The notes under the pieces were generated by a model that was not told the origin of the DNA, made no database searches, and was given only the letters and a program-made list of their open reading frames with translations. Positions 1 to 8,356 of a DNA stretch of 64,000 nt are shown here, one piece after another. The stretch is from Desulfobacterales bacterium (GTDB lineage Bacteria > Desulfobacterota > Desulfobacteria > Desulfobacterales > UBA5616), in NCBI GenBank assembly GCA_046483495.1, contig JAWODC010000092.1:32001-96000 (forward strand). Direction: 5' to 3'. Numbering within the stretch: position 1 is the first letter of the stretch; each line of letters begins with the position of its first letter. The translations under genes and the position numbers were made by a program.

Positions 1-243
1 GGCGATTTCCACTTTTTCCAGAAGGCCCTCGGTATCTGGAATGCCGGCGACGACGGCCTCGGCGATGCGTTTAGGCGCCGATTTGAATGCGGATGCAGAT
101 ACCATGGCAAAATTTGTGGAGAAATCGCCGTGGGTATCATATTTGGGCACCTCGATCGTTATGGGCGGAATGTCCGCGGGATCCAAGTCCTCGAAAGCAT
201 TACGGACGGCCGCCGCAATCAGTTTTTGCAGCTTCTGCTTCAT
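1..243 (-). CDS. argS: Arginyl-tRNA synthetase, N-terminal part (runs off the window start)
   Basis: Manual translation from ATG at 243: MKQKLQKLIAAAVRNAF...IEVPKYDTHGDFSTNFAM...APKRIAE...EKVEIA, containing the ArgRS N-domain HGD(F/Y)STNxAM motif. Not in the ORF track. Confidence 0.9.
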   Translation of the reverse strand, partial: MKQKLQKLIAAAVRNAFEDLDPADIPPITIEVPKYDTHGDFSTNFAMVSASAFKSAPKRIAEAVVAGIPDTEGLLEKVEIA

Positions 244-377
244 GAATCATCCTTACACCCGAATGAACGGAGGTACGCGAAGCACCCTTCGTCCAGGGTG
301 GAAATTTTTGGATTCCTTCATAAGATGTTTTCCCTTGATAGTCAAGCGGCTTGGGTTGGCTGAGAGGACAATTTCAA

Positions 378-407
378 TTGACAAGGCATCGCCTATCCGG
401 TTATATT
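378..407 (+). promoter_or_regulatory. Sigma70-type promoter for the Co/Ni uptake operon
   Basis: TTGACA (378-383), 18-nt spacer, TATATT (402-407). Confidence 0.6.
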
Positions 408-435
408 ATTTTCAATAACAGGTTGAAGCCTGTAC

Positions 436-528
436 GGATGACAACAACCGAAATGGGTAATATTCGGTTGCATCCCGAGCCACGAAGGCAGCCGTATCAT
501 AGGATGGGTGTATTCGTGGTTTTTTTTT
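436..528 (+). promoter_or_regulatory. Structured 5' leader with terminator-like hairpin (candidate attenuator/riboswitch)
   Basis: Stem GGATG..CAACCGAA / TTCGGTTG-CATCC (436-475), then GCCACGAA / TTCGTGGT (479-520) followed by a T run, just before the RBS of the DUF4198 gene. Confidence 0.5.
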
Positions 529-547
529 GGAAAAAATGGAGGACCCA

Positions 548-1321
548 ATGAAAAAGGGAATAGGATCAAGCATTCTCGTCATGGTGATGTTTTTGTGGCT
601 TCGACCGGGAATGGCGCATTATGGTATGGTCATCGTGTCCGACAGCATGGTAACGCAGGAAGATGATCGTGCGGTGAGCGTCACCCTGTCTTTTTCACAT
701 CCCTTTGAAGGCATCGGTATGGAACTGGTCAAGCCGGCGGATTTCGGCGTCATGTCCGATGGAAAGAAACAGGACCTGCTGAGCTTTCTGAATAAAACCC
801 AGGTAATGGGCCATACGGCATGGACGGCGGATTACCGCATTCAGCGTCCGGGCACCTACTCTTTCTACATGGAGCCGGTTCCCTATTGGGAGCCGATCGA
901 AGACTGCTATATCGTTCACTATACCAAAACCGTTACGGCGGCATTTGGAGAAGATGACGGTTGGGACGAACCCGTCGGATTGAAAGCGGAAATAATACCC
1001 CTCTCCAGACCATACGGCCTTTATGCGGGAAACGTTTTTCAGGGCAAGGTTCTCGTGGAAGGAAAGCCCCTGCCCGATGCCACGGTTGAGGTTGAATACT
1101 ACAACCGAAAAGGAAGATACAAGGCTGCGACGGATTACCTGATCACCCAGCGCGTAAAGACAGACGCCAATGGCATATTTGCCTATGCAGCCCCTGCCGC
1201 AGGTTGGTGGGGATTTGCCGCATTGACTACCGCCGATAAAACGATGCCTTACGACGGTGAGGAAAAGGAAGTTGAAATCGGAGCCGTTTTATGGGTTGAA
1301 TTTCATGAGTTCGGCAAATGA
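548..1321 (+). CDS. DUF4198-family periplasmic Co/Ni uptake-associated protein
   Basis: Signal peptide ending AMA-H; SHPFEG, PYWEPx[14 protein letters not shown] and GWWGFAAL motifs; GGAGG RBS before ATG 548; upstream of cbiM. Confidence 0.85.
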   Translation: MKKGIGSSILVMVMFLWLRPGMAHYGMVIVSDSMVTQEDDRAVSVTLSFSHPFEGIGMELVKPADFGVMSDGKKQDLLSFLNKTQVMGHTAWTADYRIQRPGTYSFYMEPVPYWEPIEDCYIVHYTKTVTAAFGEDDGWDEPVGLKAEIIPLSRPYGLYAGNVFQGKVLVEGKPLPDATVEVEYYNRKGRYKAATDYLITQRVKTDANGIFAYAAPAAGWWGFAALTTADKTMPYDGEEKEVEIGAVLWVEFHEFGK

Positions 1322-1371
1322 AACAGGCTACATGTCTGTTCAGCCGAAAAAACAGATGATAAAGGAACCGT

Positions 1372-1980
1372 ATGCATATTTCCGAAGGCGTATTGTCGGG
1401 TCCCGTTTTGGTTTCCGGATATGCTCTGGCGGCTGCCGGTACCGCGCTCGGGCTTAAAAAGCTGGATTATGAAAAAATTGCCCAGGTGGGAATCCTCGGC
1501 GCTTCTTTTTTTGTCGCGTCCTTGATTCATATTCCGATCGGACCTGCCAATGCCCACTTGATTCTAAACGGCATCGTCGGTTTGCTGCTGGGGTGGGGTG
1601 CTTTTCCAGCCATTTTGGTGGCGTTGACCCTTCAAGCGGTTCTGTTTCAATTCGGCGGGATCACCCCCCTGGGGGTCAACACGGTGATTATGGCAGTGCC
1701 GGCGGTGACCGGATTCTATCTTTTCGGATGGATGGTGCGGAGAAAGCCGGACTTGACCGCTGTCGCCGCTTTTTTCTGCGGGTTTGGGGCGGTTTTTTTC
1801 TCAGCGATCATTGCAGGGGCCGCCCTCATGTTTACCGAAGACGATTTTCTAAAAATTGCCTATCTTCTCGTGGCCGCCCATCTGCCGGTCATGGTGGTCG
1901 AAGGAATTGTAACGGCCTTTTGCGTGGGATTTTTAAAAAAGGTCCGGCCGGAAATATTGGCTGCCCATCATCAGGGATAA
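1372..1980 (+). CDS. cbiM: Cobalt/nickel ECF transporter substrate component CbiM
   Basis: N-terminal MHISEG metal-binding motif; hydrophobic; HLILNG and QFGGIT..GVN motifs. Confidence 0.92.
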   Translation: MHISEGVLSGPVLVSGYALAAAGTALGLKKLDYEKIAQVGILGASFFVASLIHIPIGPANAHLILNGIVGLLLGWGAFPAILVALTLQAVLFQFGGITPLGVNTVIMAVPAVTGFYLFGWMVRRKPDLTAVAAFFCGFGAVFFSAIIAGAALMFTEDDFLKIAYLLVAAHLPVMVVEGIVTAFCVGFLKKVRPEILAAHHQG

Positions 1981-2046
1981 CGGCATTCCCGGCTACAAGC
2001 CGCTCCGCGCGCCGATACGGCGGATGCTGCGGCATAAGGAGCAACT

Positions 2047-2664
2047 ATGAAAAACCAACGCCGGAAAAATGATATGCCTTATGTCATATCGATAGTACTA
2101 TTCTGCGTTTTCGCCGCGCAAAACGTGCAGGCGCACCGGGTCAACGTGTTTGCATGGGTTGAAGGTAACCGCGTGTTTACCGAAAGCACATTGAGCAGGG
2201 GCAAAGCCGTTTCGGGCGGCGACATCACCGTATATGACAGTTCCAATCGGATTTTGCTGAAAGGAAAAACAGACGATCAGGGTGAATTTACGTTCATTCT
2301 GCCCCAAAAACCGCCGCTGATTATCGAATTGAACGCCGGCATGGGTCACCGGGCGCAATGGACCCTTTTGCCTGACGATGCCGACGGCAATGCCTCTTCA
2401 GCGGAAGGCGATGCCGCCGGCATGGAACCGAAACCGGAAACGGTTTTCCCATTGACGGAAAACGGAAGCCATATCTCCGTCCCGCAGCTGGAAGCCGCCC
2501 TGGAAAGAGCCCTGGATAAACAACTCAAACCCATTATCCGAATGCTTGTCGATAACGGGAACGAACCGTCCCTAACGGACATTATCGGTGGAATCGGATA
2601 TATTTTCGGCATCTTCGGCATTATCGCCTATTTGCGGGCCCGTTCATTGATGAAGAAGGATTAG
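2047..2664 (+). CDS. CbiL/NikL-like accessory component of the Co/Ni transporter
   Basis: Signal peptide then AHRVNVFA; AGMGH; C-terminal TM DIIGGIGYIFG; follows cbiM. Confidence 0.75.
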   Translation: MKNQRRKNDMPYVISIVLFCVFAAQNVQAHRVNVFAWVEGNRVFTESTLSRGKAVSGGDITVYDSSNRILLKGKTDDQGEFTFILPQKPPLIIELNAGMGHRAQWTLLPDDADGNASSAEGDAAGMEPKPETVFPLTENGSHISVPQLEAALERALDKQLKPIIRMLVDNGNEPSLTDIIGGIGYIFGIFGIIAYLRARSLMKKD

Positions 2665-2681
2665 CTCAGACGCTCCGGTTT

Positions 2682-3083
2682 TCATTTGACTTCAAACCGG
2701 CCTTCCATTCCCAGAGTGGTATGAAATGGAATATCACAGTAAAAGGGGTATATACCGGGTGCGCGCAGGTCCAAACGCAATTCTCCGGATTTTCCGCCTG
2801 CAAGGTCCACCGTTGCAATGATTTCTTCCTCGGGATTTTTTACTGTTAGATTATGTTTGCTATCGGATACGTTGGTCAGATGGATCAGGAGTGTTCCTCC
2901 ATTTTCAAGAACGATATGGTCGGGTTTGTAATAAAAGCTGCCCATTTCCATCGTCAATGCTTCGGGGCGATCCATATGTATGGTTTCCGATTCCTCCTGA
3001 ACTCCTGCACAAGCACTGCATAGCATGAAGACGGTTGGGATCAGCAGCGGAAAACATATGGTATGTTGTCGTTTATCCTTCAT
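2682..3083 (-). CDS. Cupredoxin-domain (type-1 copper) lipoprotein
   Basis: Lipobox-like SACAG; HNL and YPFYCxxxxHxxxGM copper-ligand pattern; ATG 3083 overlaps the stop of the upstream oxidoreductase. Confidence 0.75.
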   Translation of the reverse strand: MKDKRQHTICFPLLIPTVFMLCSACAGVQEESETIHMDRPEALTMEMGSFYYKPDHIVLENGGTLLIHLTNVSDSKHNLTVKNPEEEIIATVDLAGGKSGELRLDLRAPGIYPFYCDIPFHTTLGMEGRFEVK

Positions 3084-4431
3084 CTTGGTCGAACATCCGG
3101 GCCAGGGTCGGCAAATTTTCAGCATAGGTCGGATGAATATGTTGTGCGGATTCGAGCTGCCGCCAGGTGGCTTCAGCCTCGATCAAATCCAGGAGAATGT
3201 GTATCAATTCACCGGCTTCGTATCCCACAAGCGTCGCCCCGATAATCCGATCCGTCCGGGCATCCACCACCAGTTCATAGAACCCCGAACGATGCCCCCA
3301 TTCGATGGCCCGGGCCATGTTTTTTACCTCCATACGTCTGGATATGGCCTCAAAGCCCTGCCGCCGGGCTTCTTCCAGACTGAAACCGGCTCTGGCCAGT
3401 TGCGGTTCCGTAAATGCCGCATAACCGAGTACCCGGTCGTTGGGGCTGCGGTCGATGCCGCTGAGCACGCCGAGAAGCCGCCTGTAGTCTTCCCAGGCCA
3501 CATGGGTGAACGGCGGTTGGCCTGCGGCCTCACCGATGGCATAAACACCCTTGCGGGTGCTTTCAAATCGTTCATCGATGGTGATGCAGCCTCGGTCATC
3601 CAATTCAATGCCTGCCGAGGCCGCATTCAGTGCATCGGTGTTGGGCCGTCGACCGGCGGCAATCAACAGTGCGTCGCCTTCCAAAGTGGTGTTGTCGCTC
3701 AGTTGAACGTGGTAAACCTCATCTGTATAGTCCACCCGATCGATTTGTGCAGCCAAATGGAAGCGTATGCCGTCTGTTTCAAGCGCCTCCTTGAGCACCG
3801 CACTCACTTCCGGGCCTTCTCTAATCATCGGACGGTCCCCTTGATCGATGATTCGGACTCGGCTGCCAAGTCGCGCCAAACCCTGCCCGATCTCGAGTCC
3901 GATATAGCCCGCACCCAATATGATGGTCCGCTTCGGCAGATGTTCGAGATCCCAGAAGTTTCTGTCGGTCAAGAACGGGACGCCGTTCAGTCCTTCTAAA
4001 GGAGGGGCAATGGGGGAGCTTCCCGTATCGACAATCACAAGGGGCGCCGAAAAACGCTCTGTACCGGCACAGACATGTCCTTCGTCATCAAACGCAGCCT
4101 CTTTTCGAATGAGAGTTACACCCGCCCGCTGCAGCCGCTGTTCCGATCCTTCCGTGAAGTTGTCTCGAATCCTGCGAACACGTTCCATAACACGAGCAAA
4201 ATCGATATCGATTTTGACGATCAGCCCGAAATGCTCAGCATCTCGGGCCCTTCCGGCGGCATGGGCTGCAGCCAGAAATGCCTTGGACGGCGTACATCCC
4301 CAATTGATGCAACTCCCTCCCACACGGCTGCGCTCGAACATAACCACTGCTTTTCCCTGACGGGAAAATTCAGCGGCCAGTGGTACGCCCCCTTGCCCGC
4401 TGCCGATAACGATGGCGTCGACGTGTTTCAT
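3073..4431 (-). CDS. Flavoprotein disulfide oxidoreductase (RclA/MerA-like class I, no C-terminal Cys pair)
   Basis: GSGQGG FAD motif, GGSCINWGC redox disulfide, GAGYIGLE, C-terminal HPT..E; AGGAG RBS before ATG 4431. Confidence 0.85.
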   Translation of the reverse strand: MKHVDAIVIGSGQGGVPLAAEFSRQGKAVVMFERSRVGGSCINWGCTPSKAFLAAAHAAGRARDAEHFGLIVKIDIDFARVMERVRRIRDNFTEGSEQRLQRAGVTLIRKEAAFDDEGHVCAGTERFSAPLVIVDTGSSPIAPPLEGLNGVPFLTDRNFWDLEHLPKRTIILGAGYIGLEIGQGLARLGSRVRIIDQGDRPMIREGPEVSAVLKEALETDGIRFHLAAQIDRVDYTDEVYHVQLSDNTTLEGDALLIAAGRRPNTDALNAASAGIELDDRGCITIDERFESTRKGVYAIGEAAGQPPFTHVAWEDYRRLLGVLSGIDRSPNDRVLGYAAFTEPQLARAGFSLEEARRQGFEAISRRMEVKNMARAIEWGHRSGFYELVVDARTDRIIGATLVGYEAGELIHILLDLIEAEATWRQLESAQHIHPTYAENLPTLARMFDQDEG

Positions 4432-4566
4432 CGTCGATTCTCCTGACTTTTGGGAAATGCTTATCCAAGGTTTTTCGGTATCTTCAAATCTATCATTACA
4501 GGATGGACACGATCGATGGGTGTAAACCCCGATTAACCGGTTCACGAGGCTTTAGTTCCATTGCTT

Positions 4567-5535
4567 TCATGGCTTTTTTGCTTTCTCTATTTCCATGAAA
4601 AGCTTTCCGCGGCTGAAAATTCGGACATCCCCGGTGGATTCCGAGATTACCACGGCAATGGCTTTGCTCAGTGCCGTAATACCGGCTGCGCTTCGGTGCC
4701 GGGATCCCAGTCCTTGAGGCAGTTCAGAAGTTTCCACGGATGGGGAAAGATGCCGGCCGGCGGCCAGAATGGTTCCTTCATCGCTGATGACAAATGCCCC
4801 GTCGATGGTTGAAAATTCTCGGATGGTTTCTTTCAATGACGGATCTAAAATATTTCGTTCGGTTTCCGGAACTCCTGAAAAGGGATTGATAACCATTTGA
4901 CTGGACATTTCCATTACTTTTTCGTGATCGCCTAAAATAAATGAAGTGCCGACAGGTCTGCCTTCTTTGCCTTCCTCCGCCAGTTCCAAAACCAGGGTCA
5001 GCAGCCGTTCAAATACTTCGGGGTGAATAATCAAATTGGATATGTCCAGCGTACTGGAAGAGAACATTTCAAATTCGCGATCCAGATCCAATACTGCAAT
5101 GTTGTCGAGAATGCCGTATTTCGGTGAGCCGGACAAACACACCAGTCGGTCGTTTCGATTGATGAGCCCCTTTGACAGGGCGATCATCGCTGCAACTTTG
5201 ACCTGGGCATACCGGTTCAAATTCATGTAAGGGACTTTTATGATCCGATCGGCTGTTCCTTCCATGACGAACAACTCGTCAAGTACATGCTTTCCCCTGG
5301 CAGCCAGAATACAGCGGCACCCTTTCAGCAGGTCTTCGAAATTTTTGCGTGACCGAATCAGATCCACATAAATCAGCATCGCACTTGCACCGATTTCATC
5401 TGCAATTTGCCGGCCGTGGCGGATCATCGAGGCGTTGATAGCCTCCATGGAAGCCTTGCTTTCATCTTCTTCGCCGACTTTTTTGCACTGCTCTTTAAAC
5501 GCGTTGGTATCCTCGTTAATCATAGGCTGCCTCAA
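4567..5535 (-). CDS. dacZ: Diadenylate cyclase, DacZ/CdaZ-type (N-terminal PK_C-like domain plus DAC domain)
   Basis: Catalytic DGA and RHR motifs (STIDGAFVI, GSRHRSAA), EGKEGRPVGT, ISESTG; soluble N-terminal extension. Confidence 0.85.
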   Translation of the reverse strand: MRQPMINEDTNAFKEQCKKVGEEDESKASMEAINASMIRHGRQIADEIGASAMLIYVDLIRSRKNFEDLLKGCRCILAARGKHVLDELFVMEGTADRIIKVPYMNLNRYAQVKVAAMIALSKGLINRNDRLVCLSGSPKYGILDNIAVLDLDREFEMFSSSTLDISNLIIHPEVFERLLTLVLELAEEGKEGRPVGTSFILGDHEKVMEMSSQMVINPFSGVPETERNILDPSLKETIREFSTIDGAFVISDEGTILAAGRHLSPSVETSELPQGLGSRHRSAAGITALSKAIAVVISESTGDVRIFSRGKLFMEIEKAKKP

Positions 5536-5903
5536 TTACCAACTTTTTGTCCGGGTTCGGTTCCAAATATTCATTTGATATCACGTGTTTTTTTGCTGGT
5601 TTTTTGGCGACTGCAGTAACGGTATCAGCATCGTTCCCGGACGGAAATCAAAGTCTTTACCTGTCAACATAAATCAGAATGCGACATGCGCAAGAAGGCA
5701 TTGCGAATTTTTCGCGTACTATGAAAATCCGACGAACGGGTTGGAGTGCCGAGAAAAAATGAAGACATGGGATTTGGGGGTCACCTCGTTTGTGGAATCG
5801 ATTTTATTACTGGATAGCCTCAAGTTTAGGATGGATGGCAGCTTGTAATCGGTATATGTTTTTGATAAGCGATGATTATGTTATTCGGACTGACGAGGTC
5901 ATT

Positions 5904-6827
5904 ATGAAAAGACTGCAAAGATCGATACCTGTTTTGAAAACGATGTTTATCGTTAATCTGATTGGGCTTGGCGTTTTTTTACTGCAGGGTACCTATGAAC
6001 TCGGTTATGCCGAATCATTTCGGTTCGTCTTTATGACCGACATCCATCTGCAACCCGAACGGGGCGCGGATGAGGCGTTCGAACAGGCGATTACAACAGT
6101 GAATAACCTTCGCCCCGATTTTGTCGTGACCGGCGGCGACCTCGTTATGGATACGCTGGAACAAACATTCAAGCGTTCCGTCGAACTGTTCGACCTTTAC
6201 GCGAAGCGGTGTGAGCAATTCGATATGCCGGTGTATAATGCCATTGGTAACCATGACGTCTTCGGGTTATATGAAAAAGGCGTAATTGACACGGATCATC
6301 CCGAATACGGCAAGAAGATGTTCAAAAAAAGGGTCGCAGATCGCACATACCGATCTTTCGATCATGAAGGGTGGCATTTCATTCTCCTGGATTCCATAGG
6401 CATCACCGATGATCGGCGGTATATCGGAAGAATCGATGCCGATCAGATCCGGTGGATCGAAAATGATCTTAAGGATATCGATAAATCCACTCCAATTGCT
6501 ATCATCACCCATATTCCTTTCGTATCCATCACGTCGCAATTAAGAAGCGGTGCAACCGCTTCTATGCCGCCGCATTCAGGCGTTGTCAACAGCCATCAGG
6601 TGTTGGCCTTGTTCAAGGGCTACAACCTGAGGCTGGTTCTGCAGGGTCATTTGCATATCGTGGAAGAGTCCATTATCGGCGGTATCCATTTTATTACCGG
6701 CGGTGCCGTAAGCGGCAAGTGGTGGGAAGGGCCGTTTCACGGATTTCCGGAAGGGTTTTTGCTGATCGAAGTGGATGACGACGACTTTTCATGGAAATTT
6801 CAAACGTATCGTAAGGATCCTTCGTAA
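5904..6827 (+). CDS. Exported calcineurin-like metallophosphoesterase (CpdA/Icc-like)
   Basis: DIH, GGDL, GNHD, THIP and GHLH metal motifs; hydrophobic N-terminal signal. Confidence 0.85.
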   Translation: MKRLQRSIPVLKTMFIVNLIGLGVFLLQGTYELGYAESFRFVFMTDIHLQPERGADEAFEQAITTVNNLRPDFVVTGGDLVMDTLEQTFKRSVELFDLYAKRCEQFDMPVYNAIGNHDVFGLYEKGVIDTDHPEYGKKMFKKRVADRTYRSFDHEGWHFILLDSIGITDDRRYIGRIDADQIRWIENDLKDIDKSTPIAIITHIPFVSITSQLRSGATASMPPHSGVVNSHQVLALFKGYNLRLVLQGHLHIVEESIIGGIHFITGGAVSGKWWEGPFHGFPEGFLLIEVDDDDFSWKFQTYRKDPS

Positions 6828-7201
6828 TTCACACGTTCAATAAGGGGCGGGAAGACCGTTCCCGCCCGACTCATTACTGCCGCCGCTGCCTGCGCTCCTG
6901 TTGGGCTTGGGGTACCGACCAATCGATTCCCGAATCCCACATAGGCGGTCAGGCATTCGAATGCAGGAAAAAATTGAAAGGTTTTACGCTGCCGAAAAAA
7001 AATGAGAAGATGGTTGAATTTTTCAACATCTCGGTAAAGCTTGCTCGAGATGATGCCTGCAATCGGGCACAATCTTTACAGGTTTCAGCTGATTTACGGC
7101 TGAATTATTTAGTATTATATTGAATTGATAAATGCAGGCGAAAGAGAGGGCGGCAAAACCGGCCGGTATGCAGAAAAGATAAAGGAGCCCATTGAAACAC
7201 C

Positions 7202-7714
7202 TTGGAAGGGCTGAACGGAAAAGACTTGGAAAGCCTGGAAAATAGTCACTCCGACAAGCGTAAAGAACGAGAGCGTTATCGTGAACTGTTGGAGGAATTG
7301 CGCACCATTATACCGGGTGCACAGGTATTGTTTGCATTTTTATTGACCGTGCCGTTCTCCTCCCGATTTTCAGGAATAGATCGTCTCGGCAAAATCATTT
7401 TTACCATTTCAATCATTGCCGTAGCGGCTTCCACCATCCTGTTTTTATCCCCGGCCGCGTACCATCGACTTGCAAACCGTGAGGACCGGCTGGGACGGCT
7501 GCGTTTTGGAATTAAAACGACGTTGGCAGGCTTGTCCCTGTTAGCCGTGTCAATGACCTGTGCTCTTTTCGTGGTTATTCGTTTCCTGTTTGACAGCCCC
7601 GGTTTCAGTGCCGTTGTCGCTGCCGCCATTGCCGGGTTGACGCTTGTCACATGGTACATCCTTCCTTTTGTTCGGCGAAAACGATCCGGTGGAAAATCGG
7701 AAACGCAAATTTAG
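7202..7714 (+). CDS. DUF6328-like membrane protein
   Basis: ELLEELR...GAQVLFAFLLTVPF..RF and PAAYHR motifs; four TM segments; start uncertain (TTG). Confidence 0.7.
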   Translation: MEGLNGKDLESLENSHSDKRKERERYRELLEELRTIIPGAQVLFAFLLTVPFSSRFSGIDRLGKIIFTISIIAVAASTILFLSPAAYHRLANREDRLGRLRFGIKTTLAGLSLLAVSMTCALFVVIRFLFDSPGFSAVVAAAIAGLTLVTWYILPFVRRKRSGGKSETQI

Positions 7715-7772
7715 AGGTTTTAAAATTCAGAAACCGGTATGCGATTAAATAACCGAGATAGAGAGGATAAAG

Positions 7773-8189
7773 ATGAAATCTTACCGTAAAGAATTATGGT
7801 TCAATGTACCGACACGGCGGGCGTTTATCAATATTACACCACAGGTCGAGGAATGCCTGAAAAAGAGCGGTATTCGCGATGGTTTGATACTGGTCAATGC
7901 CATGCACATAACGGCCTCGGTGTTTATCAATGATGATGAATCCGGGCTGCATAAGGATTATGACGAATGGCTGGAAAGGCTGGCGCCTCATGAGCCGGTC
8001 TCGAGCTACCGGCACAATGTGGGCGAGGATAATGCCGATGCCCATATGAAGCGCCAGATAATGGGACGGGAGGTGGTGGTTGCGGTAACCGACGGAAAAA
8101 TGGATTTCGGCACCTGGGAGCAGATATTTTATGGTGAATTCGACGGCCGGAGAAATAAACGCGTACTGGTGAAAATTATCGGGCAATGA
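7773..8189 (+). CDS. yjbQ: YjbQ/UPF0047 family protein
   Basis: MHITAS, NADAHMK and [13 protein letters not shown] motifs. Confidence 0.9.
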   Translation: MKSYRKELWFNVPTRRAFINITPQVEECLKKSGIRDGLILVNAMHITASVFINDDESGLHKDYDEWLERLAPHEPVSSYRHNVGEDNADAHMKRQIMGREVVVAVTDGKMDFGTWEQIFYGEFDGRRNKRVLVKIIGQ

Positions 8190-8311
8190 ACTTTGAGCGA
8201 TTTCGGCCTGGGTCGTCTACAGAAGAGCAGGACGGGATGTCCGACACCGCGGACAGGGGCTTTACGGCGAGTTTGAACGGCATTTAAGCCGCATGGCGTA
8301 AACCCTGAAAT

Positions 8312-8345
8312 AAAAAAACCCGGCTTTTTCAAGCCGGGTTTTTTA
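8312..8345. terminator. Bidirectional intrinsic terminator between yjbQ and cooS
   Basis: AAAAAACCCGGCTT-loop-AAGCCGGGTTTTTT between convergent genes. Confidence 0.85.
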
Positions 8346-8356
8346 ATCGCCTTTTC

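Noticed and set aside
3025..3999. 324-aa plus-strand ORF and other long antisense ORFs (e.g. 26546-27307, 34491-35231, 57699-58511)
   Set aside because: They lie opposite well-supported genes and carry no recognisable motifs.
3073..4431. Mercuric reductase MerA
   Set aside because: No C-terminal Cys-Cys pair, no NmerA domain and no mer genes nearby.
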